Source: Nitrospinales bacterium (GTDB lineage Bacteria > Nitrospinota > Nitrospinia > Nitrospinales > VA-1). From it: a stretch of DNA of 64,000 nucleotides. A program made the translations under genes and the position numbers. The DNA is taken from positions 1,600,001 to 1,664,000 of the forward strand of contig CBDCWG010000012.1 of assembly GCA_965223345.1 (NCBI GenBank). The letters run 5' to 3'. Below are positions 1-9,493 of the stretch, piece after piece (position 1 is the first letter of the stretch; each line of letters begins with the position of its first letter). The notes below the pieces were generated by a model, which searched no databases, was not told the origin of the DNA, and saw nothing but the letters and a program-made list of their open reading frames with translations.

Positions 1-1476
1 GACCAAACCACCCTGCTGCGCCTGGAAGGCTCTTCCAACCTCTGTTTCCGCCGGTTTTTGCAGAGAACGCAATGCCTCCTCAGCTTCCGGGTGACCGGAT
101 AGAGCCAAACCCAAAATCACGTGCTTGCTGAAGTCGAAATCACGCTCGGTCGTGCTTTTTTGAAAAGGAGCGATGCCCACGCCGCTCTTCGCCCAGGTCT
201 CCGGATTCAACTTTTCCTTCAAAAAGTTGAGCGCCTGCTGATTACCGCTCTTGTTGATCAGATAGCCCAGGGACATCAGGGCGCTCGTCTTCGCCTGGTA
301 ATGGGCCTGGGAGAGGCCGCGTTCGTCACCGGCCTCGATGAACGCGATGAGCGGGGCGACGGCACTTTCGTCGGCAATCATCCCGAGGACCACCACGGTA
401 TTCGACCAGAACGCTTTTTCAGCCGGATCGTTCAGAATTTTCAGCAGTACGGGAACGTCCGAAGGACCGTACTTACTGGCCTCCTCATACGGGACGCCGT
501 GGATGAATACCTGACGCACAAAGTCTTCCACACTCATTGCGGGCGTTTCCTGCGCTTGAGCCATCACCACCATCTCCGGCTCGGGCGGCTTCGCGGCGAG
601 ACTTTTAAACGCGTTGCATTCCGCCGAGTTGACCCTCAAGCGGCTACTAGCGATGGTGCCGTTCATCACGGCATTCGGATCGTCGTTGCGATGGCTCAGT
701 CCTTTATTGTGACCCAACTCGTGAGCCCAAAGGATGCCCTCAAGACTCGGCGTGAACCGGACGACGGCCATTGAATTGCCCGGGACCGGGGCGCATCCGA
801 TCACATTGGGTATCAGACCGCCGCACCAGTTGATTTGATTGACGACCTTGATGTGTCCCGGAAGCCCGATGAGGGCACTGAACTCGGCGCTGCTGTCGAT
901 GCTTCCATCGCCATCCGTGAATACAGTCACATCGTCGTCGCGTGAAAAAGCCACCTGGCAGGCAACATCCCCAACCCCATCGTTGTTCTGCAGGACTGTG
1001 GTGGCGTCAGCTAAAATTCTGTCCGCTTCCGTGTTGGTTAAACTGCTGCTTGTGAACCGGCGAATCTGCAGGCGGTGTTGGACGACATTGTCCGGAACGC
1101 TCGATCGACCACAGAGTGTGTATATATAGACGGTTTTACTGGAACCCGTGTTGTTCTTGAATCCGCAGCGCCAAGTATTGCGCGCCAGATTGGGGAACTG
1201 GTTGATGATGATCATTTTATCATTGTATGACGGGTGGCAGGCACCGGAAAGCATCTTATGATCGGCGGGGCAGGCAGCGCCCTCTAAATTGCCTGCACTG
1301 CTGCCCGGGCCGATGTTATGACTTCTGAATGTAAGCTGTGTTTCAAAAGCAGCCGGCTCGACAGCAATGTTTGCGGAGAACTCCTGTCCGGCGGCGTGAC
1401 CGAAAGCAGTCTGGCTTATCACAAATACCAGACCCGTTCCGGCAAGTATCGTTGAAAACTTGTGAAGTATTTTCAT
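1..1476 (-). CDS. Secreted metzincin-like zinc metalloprotease with N-terminal 4-Cys domain and C-terminal HEAT-like helical region (3' end lies outside the window)
   Basis: Not in the ORF track. Manual translation from ATG 1476 is open to base 1: MKILHKFSTILAGTGLVFVISQTAFG (signal peptide)...HELGHNKGLSH (nt 723-691, HExxHxxGxxH) followed by NAVM (Met-turn-like). Confidence 0.85.
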   Translation of the reverse strand, partial: MKILHKFSTILAGTGLVFVISQTAFGHAAGQEFSANIAVEPAAFETQLTFRSHNIGPGSSAGNLEGAACPADHKMLSGACHPSYNDKMIIINQFPNLARNTWRCGFKNNTGSSKTVYIYTLCGRSSVPDNVVQHRLQIRRFTSSSLTNTEADRILADATTVLQNNDGVGDVACQVAFSRDDDVTVFTDGDGSIDSSAEFSALIGLPGHIKVVNQINWCGGLIPNVIGCAPVPGNSMAVVRFTPSLEGILWAHELGHNKGLSHRNDDPNAVMNGTIASSRLRVNSAECNAFKSLAAKPPEPEMVVMAQAQETPAMSVEDFVRQVFIHGVPYEEASKYGPSDVPVLLKILNDPAEKAFWSNTVVVLGMIADESAVAPLIAFIEAGDERGLSQAHYQAKTSALMSLGYLINKSGNQQALNFLKEKLNPETWAKSGVGIAPFQKSTTERDFDFSKHVILGLALSGHPEAEEALRSLQKPAETEVGRAFQAQQGGLV

Positions 1477-1640
1477 GACGCATTCCTTCCGTGATCTATC
1501 GTCTTGTTTGATGGCACAGACGCGAGGAAGCGAAAAGCCCCACATCACAATTTACAATCCAATTTATGACTCGACAAACTTCTAGCGCAGTCCACAGAGG
1601 CGCGCGAGGGGGGATGATCACCGTCAGCGCAGGTTCTTCC

Positions 1641-2066
1641 TCATCGACCGCAGAGAGTGTAAACGTAGACCGTTCGGCTGGAACCCGTGTTGTTTTTGAA
1701 TCCGCAACGCCAGGAGTTGCGTGGTATGTTTGGGAACTGGTTGATGATGATCACTCGATCATTGTAAGACGGGTGGCAAGCGCCGGAAAGCATCTTGTAG
1801 TCGGCAGGGCAGGCGGCGCCTTCCAAATTGCCTGCACTGCTGCCAGCGCCGATGTTATGGCTTCTGAATGTGAGCTGTGTTTCAAAAACAGCCGGCTCGA
1901 CAGCACTGCTTGCAGAGAACTCTTGCCCCGGTTGAGCTCCTCCCCCGGCGGTTGGCAATTCCTGTCCGGGAGCCTGGCCGAACGCAGTCTGGTTCGTCAC
2001 AAGTACCAAACCCATTGCAGCGAGTATTTTGCATAACTTTACGGATCTTTTTTTGATGTTCTCCAT
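1641..2066 (-). CDS. Small secreted 4-Cys protein, paralog of the N-terminal domain of the adjacent protease
   Basis: Signal-peptide-like N-terminus; 83/95 aa identical (hand count) to the N-terminal domain of CDS 1..1476. Confidence 0.85.
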   Translation of the reverse strand: MENIKKRSVKLCKILAAMGLVLVTNQTAFGQAPGQELPTAGGGAQPGQEFSASSAVEPAVFETQLTFRSHNIGAGSSAGNLEGAACPADYKMLSGACHPSYNDRVIIINQFPNIPRNSWRCGFKNNTGSSRTVYVYTLCGR

Positions 2067-2438
2067 GACTCTGCTCCTTTGATCGTTGTCTCAAAATATT
2101 TATTTTCAGTTGAGGAATAAAACTTCCTCTTCATTGAAATTGAATCTAGGTAAAACGGAGTGGGATGAACATCGTTCAGATTATGATAATTTCATCGTGA
2201 AACGTGCAGTTACTTATCATAGTTTGTACGATGTTTCGGATCTCATTAGCATATTGATTGCAAAAGCGGTTACGGCCCGTCCTGCGGTGGAGAAGGAGGG
2301 CCTGCGGGATCTTTTTGTGCGTTGAGCCGAGAATCGGGTGGAGCCGGGAAAGGCATCCCGCCCGGGATTTCTGCGATTTCTCTGGTATAATTCCCCGCAT
2401 CATCCACCCTCAATCCGACACCGAATACCCGAACTGCC

Positions 2439-4148
2439 ATGAACAACGCCAGCGACCCCGAATCCACGGCCGCCGAAACCGCACCGGCCCATTTCATCAG
2501 CAACATCATTGCCGAAGACCTCGAGTCGAACAAATACGAGGGCCGGGTGCACACCCGGTTTCCGCCCGAGCCGAACGGTTTTCTGCACATCGGTCACGCC
2601 AAATCCATCTGCCTGAATTTCGGCCTGGCCGCGAAATTCGGCGGCGTCTGCAACCTGCGCTTCGACGACACCAATCCGATCAAGGAAGAGGAGAAGTACA
2701 TCGAGTCGATCCAGGAGGACGTGAAATGGCTGGGGTTCGACTGGGGGGAAAAACCGTTTTACGCGTCGGATTATTTCGACCAGCTCTACGATTACGCGGT
2801 GCAATTGATCGACGCCGGTCTGGCCTACGTGGACGATCTCAACGCGGACGAAATCCGCGAATACCGCGGCACCCTGAGCGAGCCGGGCAAGGACAGCCCG
2901 TACCGCAACCGCAGCGTCGAGGAAAACCGCGATCTGTTCGCGCGCATGCGCGCCGGCGAGTTCGACGAGGGGGCGAAGGTGCTGCGCGCCAAGATCGACA
3001 TGGCGTCCGGCAACCTGAACCTGCGCGATCCGGTGCTGTACCGCATCCTCAAGGTGCCGCACGTGCGCACCGGCGACAAGTGGAACATCTATCCGATGTA
3101 CGACTGGGCGCACGGCCAGTCCGACTCGATCGAGGGGATCACGCATTCGATCTGCACGCTGGAATTCGAAGACCACCGGCCCCTGTACGACTGGTTCCTG
3201 GAAAAACTCGGCATCTACCGGCCGCAGCAGATCGAATTCGCGCGCCTCAACCTCACCCACACGATGCTCAGCAAGCGCAAGCTCATCCAGCTCGTGCAGG
3301 AGGGCCACGTGCAGGGCTGGGACGACCCGCGCATGCCGACGGTGGCCGGGCTCCGGCGGCGCGGCTACACGCCGGAGGCGATCAAGGAATTCTGCGAGCG
3401 CATCGGCGTGGCCAAGAGCAACAGCACGGTGGACCTCGCGCTATTGGAGTACTGCATCCGCGAGGACATGAACAAAAAGGCCATGCGGGTGATGGCGGTG
3501 CTCAACCCGCTGAAACTGATCATCGACAACTACCCGGAGGGGCAGGAAGAAGAGCTGGACGCCGAGAACAATCCGGAGGATGCCGGCATGGGCTCGCGCA
3601 AGATGCCGTTCTCGCGCACCCTCTATATCGAGCGCGAGGATTTCATGGAAGACCCGCCGAAAAAATTCTTCCGCCTCGCACCGGGAAAGGAAGTGCGTCT
3701 GAAGCACGCCTACATCATCAAGTGCGAAAATGTGGTGAAAGACGACAACGGCGAGGTGGTGGAAGTGCACTGCAGCTACGATCCCGAGACGCGCAGCGGC
3801 AACGCGCCGGCCGGGAAGAAGATCAAGGGCACGCTGCACTGGGTGTCGGCACAGCATGCGAAAAGCGCCGAGGTGCGGCTGTATGAAACCCTCTTCACGG
3901 AAGAAAACCCGGCGGATGAGAAGGAATGCCCGCAGCTCACCGCCTGCCTCAATCCGGACTCCTTAAAGGTGCTGAAAGACTGCAAGATCGAACCGGCGCT
4001 CGCCGAGGCGAAACCGGGAGAACGCTTTCAGTTTCTGCGCATGGGTTATTTCTGCGCCGATTCCGGCGACAGCAAGCCGGGCGCGCCGGTGTTCAACCGC
4101 ACCGTGACCCTGCGCGACACCTGGGCGAAGATCCAGAAGAAGGGTTAA
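2439..4148 (+). CDS. glnS: Glutamine--tRNA ligase
   Basis: [18 protein letters not shown] (HIGH), LSKR (MSKR-like), [23 protein letters not shown]. Confidence 0.97.
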   Translation: MNNASDPESTAAETAPAHFISNIIAEDLESNKYEGRVHTRFPPEPNGFLHIGHAKSICLNFGLAAKFGGVCNLRFDDTNPIKEEEKYIESIQEDVKWLGFDWGEKPFYASDYFDQLYDYAVQLIDAGLAYVDDLNADEIREYRGTLSEPGKDSPYRNRSVEENRDLFARMRAGEFDEGAKVLRAKIDMASGNLNLRDPVLYRILKVPHVRTGDKWNIYPMYDWAHGQSDSIEGITHSICTLEFEDHRPLYDWFLEKLGIYRPQQIEFARLNLTHTMLSKRKLIQLVQEGHVQGWDDPRMPTVAGLRRRGYTPEAIKEFCERIGVAKSNSTVDLALLEYCIREDMNKKAMRVMAVLNPLKLIIDNYPEGQEEELDAENNPEDAGMGSRKMPFSRTLYIEREDFMEDPPKKFFRLAPGKEVRLKHAYIIKCENVVKDDNGEVVEVHCSYDPETRSGNAPAGKKIKGTLHWVSAQHAKSAEVRLYETLFTEENPADEKECPQLTACLNPDSLKVLKDCKIEPALAEAKPGERFQFLRMGYFCADSGDSKPGAPVFNRTVTLRDTWAKIQKKG

Positions 4149-4251
4149 ACCTCTCCTTTCGGGAAAAATTTGCATTGCGATCTCCACCCCTCCGCCCCAA
4201 TGAACGAAACGAGCTTTATTTTTTGTTCTGGTTCCGCATCAATAAGGCTTC

Positions 4252-4620
4252 CTAACGGGAGCTCTCGACAAATTGGTCGACCGCCTCGATAGCATGGGTT
4301 GCGTAGACCACGCTTTTGCCGCCGCCCATGAGGATGGCCACGCCCAATGTATCCGCAATTTCTTCCCTGCTGGCGCCCGCTTCGAGTGCGTCATTGGTGT
4401 GATGGGCAATGCAGTCGTCGCAATTTGTGGCAACACTGATTGCCAGGGCCATCAGCTCTTTGGTCTTCGTATCCAATGCCCCAGCAGCCACAGCCTCCTT
4501 GTGAAGTCCCCAGAAAGCCTTCATCACAGCAGGCTGGGCGGATGCAAGGTCGCGAGCGTTTCTTTCGAAGTTGCGCAATCTGTCGGGATATGAAATTGTT
4601 TGTTCTGTTGTTTTGCTCAT
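4252..4620 (-). CDS. Carboxymuconolactone decarboxylase/AhpD-family protein
   Basis: GALDTKTKELMALAISVATNCDDCIAHH, a CMD/AhpD CxxC-x2-H motif. Confidence 0.9.
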   Translation of the reverse strand: MSKTTEQTISYPDRLRNFERNARDLASAQPAVMKAFWGLHKEAVAAGALDTKTKELMALAISVATNCDDCIAHHTNDALEAGASREEIADTLGVAILMGGGKSVVYATHAIEAVDQFVESSR

Positions 4621-4648
4621 GGCTTGCTATCTCCTCATTGCATCCTAT

Positions 4649-4861
4649 TTATCTCATCATTATTCCTTCCATGGGACATTGACCTGAAATAGCGAGGACC
4701 GCCCCAATCACAGGGAGAAATGCTGCGAGCACAAATATCCAGATGGCCAGAACTTTGCCGAATTTACGCACATTTCCTTCTGTCTTTGTGGAAGAAAAAA
4801 GCACAAAATATCCTACTACCACAAACCACGTAGCCGGTATAAAGCTGAAGAAAAAGCACAT
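4649..4861 (-). CDS. Small two-TM membrane protein
   Basis: Two hydrophobic segments; AGGGG RBS before ATG 4861; lies within the co-oriented cluster. Confidence 0.65.
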   Translation of the reverse strand: MCFFFSFIPATWFVVVGYFVLFSSTKTEGNVRKFGKVLAIWIFVLAAFLPVIGAVLAISGQCPMEGIMMR

Positions 4862-4876
4862 AAACACCCCTTTACT

Positions 4877-5128
4877 TTAAACGCGCGCAGTTCCCATGAT
4901 TTTATCGACCAGATCCTTTTTATCCTTCTCGGTCATTCCGTCGCCTCCTTTTTCCAACAGAACGAGCGAAAGTTTTTTGATCATTTTGGTTCGCTGTTCT
5001 TCAGGTAATTTTGTGAGTATCATTCCCAAGCATTCAGGCACCATCTCGATCATCATTGCGGGAGGGCAGCCCTGCATCATTTTTTCCATCATTCCTGCCA
5101 TATCACTCATTCGTTCGCATTCCAGCAT
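4877..5128 (-). CDS. Small Met/Cys-rich protein, copy of the N-terminal domain of the upstream gene
   Basis: MLECERMSDMAGMMEKMMQGCPPAMMIEMVPECLGMILTKLPEEQR; RBS context GGGGTGATTGTC-ATG. Confidence 0.75.
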   Translation of the reverse strand: MLECERMSDMAGMMEKMMQGCPPAMMIEMVPECLGMILTKLPEEQRTKMIKKLSLVLLEKGGDGMTEKDKKDLVDKIMGTARV

Positions 5129-5133
5129 GACAA

Positions 5134-5601
5134 TCACCCCCCACAGCATGAGTCATTTGCGGGATTCATTTTCTCCGCAAAAAAAGCGGACATGAATTCA
5201 TTGTATTTACGCATGGCTCCTTTTTTGACCATTTGTCCCGTTTCAACCGCCTCCTGGATATCTTCCTCCCCAATTTCCAACTTTTTTGCTTCCCCGACAT
5301 GGTATTCCAAACAAGGTTGACAATTGGCCGTGACAGAGGCTCCAATCGCGATCAATTCTTTAGTTCGATCGTCGATGCCCTCATTTGTCTTATCCTTTCC
5401 GTCCACAACGCTATCTTCCTTTTCCTTCAGAACGGTAAGCAGTTTTTTTACCATTTTGGAACGCTGTTCTTGAGGCAGTTTAGAAAGCATCATGCCCAGA
5501 CATTCAGGCATCATCTCCATCATCATTTCCGGAGAGCAGCCTTCCATCATTTCAGACATCTTTCCCTTCATTTCTCCCATATCTTCACAACAACCCTTCA
5601 T
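5134..5601 (-). CDS. Met-rich domain fused to a CMD/AhpD domain, with CC pairs at both termini
   Basis: MKGCCEDMGEM..., TKELIAIGASVTANCQPCLEYH (CxxC), C-terminal SCCGG. Confidence 0.8.
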   Translation of the reverse strand: MKGCCEDMGEMKGKMSEMMEGCSPEMMMEMMPECLGMMLSKLPQEQRSKMVKKLLTVLKEKEDSVVDGKDKTNEGIDDRTKELIAIGASVTANCQPCLEYHVGEAKKLEIGEEDIQEAVETGQMVKKGAMRKYNEFMSAFFAEKMNPANDSCCGG

Positions 5602-5770
5602 GATAATCACCCCCTTCCATTTAGGGTGCAGTCAATCCACTCCTCCTTAAGTTAAGATTCATAAGAGGGGGATGTTATTCCTGCCTCGGTGGGGAGATTC
5701 GGTGGCTGAATTCCGCTCTTACATTGTCCTGTCATGGAATCAGACGATCCTCAAACTTACTGCTCAAAGA

Positions 5771-6826
5771 TCAAAACAAGCGCAGCTGTTTGTCCTCGGC
5801 GTTCACAAAATGTTTTGTGGACAGCTCTCTGCCCGGACGGTCGAGACCGGTCCTGCGCGCCGCGATATCGAACATCCTCGCGATCTGCTCCGCAAAGATT
5901 CCCTCTCCGGTCATGCGCGAACCGAAATTCGGGTCGTTGAGCTTGCCGCCGCGCACGGCACGAATCCGCTGCAGCACTTTCTGCTTTTTGTCGGGGTAGT
6001 GCACTTCCAGCCAATCGGAAAACAGATCCTTCACGCCGTAGGGCAGCTTGACCACGGTGTAGCCCGCGGTTTCGGCGCCGGCGTCGGCGGCTGCCTTGAG
6101 GATGGCGGGCAGCTCATGGTCGGTGAGCGCCGGGATCACCGGAGCGGCCATGACGCCCACCGGGATGCGGGCCTCGCTCAGTGCGCGGATCGCCGCCAGC
6201 CTCTGCTCGGGCAGGGAGGCGCGCGGCTCCATGTTGCGGGAAAGTTCGGCATTGAGGGTGGTGATGGAGACGAACACCGCCGCGCAATCGAAACGCACGA
6301 GCTGCTGCAACAGATCGATGTCGCGGGTCACCAGCTGGTTTTTGGTGATGATACCGACCGGGTTGCGGAAGCGCAGCAGCACTTTCAGGCATTCGCGGGT
6401 GAGCCGGTGCTTTTTTTCTCCCGGCTGGTAGACGTCGGTGATGCCGCTCAACGCGATCATCTGCGGCTGCCAGCGCGGCGAGCTCAACTCGCGGGTGAGC
6501 AGCGCCGGGGCGTTTTCCTTCACCAGGATGCGGGTTTCAAAGTCCAGGCCCGCCGACATCTCGAAATACTCGTGCGTGGGCCGGGCGTAGCAGTAGACGC
6601 AACCGTGTTCGCAGCCGCGGTAGGGGTTGACGCCCACATCGAAGCCGACGTCGGGGCTGTCGTTGTAGGACAGGATGCTGCGGCTGGAGTCGGTGAGAAA
6701 CACCGTCTCCGGCCGGGCTGCGGGCTCTTCGGGCACGCGTTCGCTGGGTTTGAAGCGGTTGGCCGGGTTGCCGGCGGTTCCCCGTGCCCTTACCGGCGTG
6801 GGGCGGTCTGCGCGAAAATCGTCCAT
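5771..6826 (-). CDS. Radical SAM protein, PA0069/Rv2578c (SplB-like) family
   Basis: NPYRGCEHGCVYCYARPTHEY, GLDFET, ends QLRLF. Confidence 0.92.
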   Translation of the reverse strand: MDDFRADRPTPVRARGTAGNPANRFKPSERVPEEPAARPETVFLTDSSRSILSYNDSPDVGFDVGVNPYRGCEHGCVYCYARPTHEYFEMSAGLDFETRILVKENAPALLTRELSSPRWQPQMIALSGITDVYQPGEKKHRLTRECLKVLLRFRNPVGIITKNQLVTRDIDLLQQLVRFDCAAVFVSITTLNAELSRNMEPRASLPEQRLAAIRALSEARIPVGVMAAPVIPALTDHELPAILKAAADAGAETAGYTVVKLPYGVKDLFSDWLEVHYPDKKQKVLQRIRAVRGGKLNDPNFGSRMTGEGIFAEQIARMFDIAARRTGLDRPGRELSTKHFVNAEDKQLRLF

Positions 6827-6929
6827 GACGGTCTCTCCATGATTTTCGCTATATTTTCGCTTTTCGTTCGGGGTTTGTAAAGCGAAACCGCGTTTTTTGC
6901 GGCCGGGGGGAGGGGAGGGCGGCCGGTTA

Positions 6930-7541
6930 TCAGAATCCCGCCACGCCGGTCACGGCGTCGGTGATGAGGCCCAGCGGGTCCTGCAGGAAACCCAGAGGGT
7001 TGGTGTCTTCCTGGTTCTCTTCGACTTTGGGCTCGCCGCTGTGGATCTTGTAGACCACCTTCTGTTCCTTCATGACGATCAATCCGACGAAGATCCAGCC
7101 GCGTTTTCGGGTCTTGCGGTGGAACCGCAGGACGTCGAGGAAGATGTTGCCGTGCCGTTCCTTGTCGATTTTTTTTGCGGAAACGACGTAGCCGTTGCAG
7201 AAATCCTTGGCGTTGAGGCAATCGGCCAGTTCCGGGTCGAGATCGTCCTTGGTCACCGACTGGTTGGGCATGAACTTTTCGAGCATTTCCAGGTAGGTGA
7301 GGACCTTGATGTTGGGCGTGTCGTAGGGGTTGTAGCCCATTTTGTGGAGTTCTTCTTCTGTGGTGCGGTGCAACTCGATGGCGTTGAAGGCGTTTTCGGC
7401 GTCCTCATAGGTTTCCCACTGGGATTTCATGTTTTCGTTGGTTTTGGGCAGAAACCAGCGCGAACAGCCGGAGACGGTGACCGCGAGAGCGCAGAGTGCG
7501 ACTAACAGTATGAAAAAAAATCTTTTTTTCATTTTCGGCAC
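6930..7541 (-). CDS. Hypothetical lipoprotein (tandem paralog 1)
   Basis: Lipobox VSGC; colinear similarity to 7635..8249. Confidence 0.8.
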   Translation of the reverse strand: MPKMKKRFFFILLVALCALAVTVSGCSRWFLPKTNENMKSQWETYEDAENAFNAIELHRTTEEELHKMGYNPYDTPNIKVLTYLEMLEKFMPNQSVTKDDLDPELADCLNAKDFCNGYVVSAKKIDKERHGNIFLDVLRFHRKTRKRGWIFVGLIVMKEQKVVYKIHSGEPKVEENQEDTNPLGFLQDPLGLITDAVTGVAGF

Positions 7542-7580
7542 CCTCAGGGCAAGAAATTGGGCAAAAAATACCTATAGGTA

Positions 7581-7607
7581 GTATCGGCGAAATTCTTTCT
7601 TTGCTTA
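7581..7607 (-). promoter_or_regulatory. Possible sigma-28-like promoter
   Basis: Minus strand TAAG-N15-GCCGATAC, about 40 nt upstream of ATG 7541; imperfect match. Confidence 0.3.
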
Positions 7608-7634
7608 AGCGTTTTTTGCGATCGGAGCGGAAAA

Positions 7635-8249
7635 TCAGAACAAAAGGCCGGTGGTGGCGGTGGAAAGATCCGAAAGGATGGACTCGGGTTCCTGCAAAAA
7701 TCCCATCGGATTGACGCTCTGCTCGTTCTCTTCCAGATTGGGCCTGCCGCTCCAGATTTTATAGACCACGAGATCGTGCTTCAAAACCAGAAATCCCTTG
7801 AACTCCCATCCGGTTCGGCGCGTCTTGCGCTGGAAGCGCAGAACATCGAGGATCGCATTGCCGTGCCGCTGGGACTCGATGCGCCGCACGGACAGGCTGT
7901 AGGCCTTGCAGCTCTTTTTCACCTGGAGGCAGTCGAGCAGCTCCTCGTCGAGGTCTTCTTTTTTGAAGGCCTGGTTGGGGAGGATGGAGCCGATGATTTC
8001 CAGATGGGTGAGGATGCGGATGTTGGGTGTGTTGAAGGGGTCGTACCCCATTTTGTGCAGTTCCCCGGCGTCGGTCCGGTACGGGATGATGGCGTCGAAC
8101 GCGTTTTTGGCGTCCTCGAAGGTTTCCCAGGAGGATTTGAGGTTTTCTTTCGCCGTGGGCAGCAGGCTCGCACAGCCTGTGGCGAGCAACGCCATCCCGG
8201 TTGCGCACGCCAACTTGAATAGGAGACCCGGGGAAATGGAAAAATTCAA
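7635..8249 (-). CDS. Hypothetical lipoprotein (tandem paralog 2)
   Basis: Lipobox ATGC; shares ELHKMGY.P..TPNI, RHGN..LDVLRF.RKTR and VVYKI.SG with paralog 1. Confidence 0.8.
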   Translation of the reverse strand: MNFSISPGLLFKLACATGMALLATGCASLLPTAKENLKSSWETFEDAKNAFDAIIPYRTDAGELHKMGYDPFNTPNIRILTHLEIIGSILPNQAFKKEDLDEELLDCLQVKKSCKAYSLSVRRIESQRHGNAILDVLRFQRKTRRTGWEFKGFLVLKHDLVVYKIWSGRPNLEENEQSVNPMGFLQEPESILSDLSTATTGLLF

Positions 8250-8416
8250 TGCCCTGCCTCTAACAGCGTGATTGGATTGGAAGTGAGAAGACCGGATGAT
8301 AGCAGAGGTCAGCGGGTTTGCGTCGATAATTTAAACAAAAAATGGATGAATGAAATGAAAGTTTGTGGAGGGTGCGGGGAAACGCTTGAAAGCGATTGCG
8401 TTTCGTCACAGACCGT

Positions 8417-8929
8417 TCAGGCGTGGTTGCGTTTTGCGGGCAGCGGTTTGACCAGCGGCCACTCGCGGATCAGCACCGGCGGTTGCGCCGGGTCGAGGTA
8501 TCCGTTGGCGATGAGCAGGCCCTTGGCGTCGTCGAAGCGCACGACCACCTGTTTTTTCAGGTCGGGATTGGGAGCCAGCGGCACCAGCGCCACGTCTTTG
8601 GGGATGATGGGAGCGCGGATCGAGCGCGCCTGTTCCAGCTCCATGGGGTCGGCGGTGTCCTCATGCGGCGGCCACTCGGCGGAGCCGAATGCGGAGAACA
8701 TCCAGTTCACGAACTCGGACGGTTTGCCTTCAGGGTACACAACCCAGAACGAAGAACGCTTGAGCTGGTTTTTCGCCGACAGATAGCGGATCACATGCGC
8801 CGCTTTCTTCAGCTCCGGCGGTTCCGCCGCGTTCTGACAGGCCGCGCAAAAAAAGGCCATCAGACAAGCGGTCGCCAGGCGCAGACCGCGCTTCAAACTG
8901 ACAGGATCGTTGTTCAAACCGGTTTCCAC
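8417..8929 (-). CDS. Hypothetical lipoprotein
   Basis: CAAC lipobox-like segment; GTG start directly follows the upstream stop. Confidence 0.65.
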   Translation of the reverse strand: METGLNNDPVSLKRGLRLATACLMAFFCAACQNAAEPPELKKAAHVIRYLSAKNQLKRSSFWVVYPEGKPSEFVNWMFSAFGSAEWPPHEDTADPMELEQARSIRAPIIPKDVALVPLAPNPDLKKQVVVRFDDAKGLLIANGYLDPAQPPVLIREWPLVKPLPAKRNHA

Positions 8930-9031
8930 CTAAGGGTTGAGGGCGTTGAGGAACAGGGCCTGGACACCCATGGCGATGGCCACCAGGATGGCGATCGCCA
9001 GCAGGGCATTTTTGCCTCTTCGATTGTCCAT
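8930..9031 (-). CDS. 33-aa single-TM peptide
   Basis: MDNRRGKNALLAIAILVAIAMGVQALFLNALNP; AAGGA RBS; sigma-54-like site upstream. Confidence 0.6.
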   Translation of the reverse strand: MDNRRGKNALLAIAILVAIAMGVQALFLNALNP

Positions 9032-9069
9032 CGGCGTTTCCTTTCCGTTGGGTTGACTCACTTCAAAGA

Positions 9070-9085
9070 AGCAACCGCCGTTCCA
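9070..9085 (-). promoter_or_regulatory. Sigma-54-like promoter
   Basis: Minus strand TGGAAC-GGCGG-TTGCT (GG-N10-GC). Confidence 0.5.
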
Positions 9086-9493
9086 AATCATCAACCGGCG
9101 GATTTTCAACGCTTTTATTTTTTCTGGCGGCAGCGGACGCCGCCGGTTGTCTGTTTTTGTGATCACCCTCCGGGTTGCGCTCGGGCGGGTTTTGCGGGGC
9201 GGGAAAGGCGCCCGGAAGCGCCGGGCGAGTTGCGGAGGAATTCCGGCAGAAATTTCCCCGTAATTTACTAATTTTTTAGTGCATTTTGCCGTTTCATCCA
9301 TTAATTTAGGATTGAGGAGAAAAGTGACCTTTTTGTGGAGAAATCGAGCTTTCCGGATCACGGCCCTTCCCGTATTCTCACGCCGTGCTAACCCGAATCG
9401 CACGCCGAGCCCTTATTTTTTCTGGGCGCGGCCTGCGTCCCGCTGACGGAAATCCGTTTTCTCTCCCATTCTTTGCAATCGTGGTGATTTGAA

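Noticed and set aside
121..774. 217-aa plus-strand ORF from the track
   Set aside because: It is antisense to the protease gene on the minus strand, which has a signal peptide and zinc motif.
5110..5136. Possible selenocysteine read-through at CCGG-TGA
   Set aside because: The TGA is part of the next gene's duplicated RBS context, read-through adds only a few residues, and no SECIS-like hairpin was evident.
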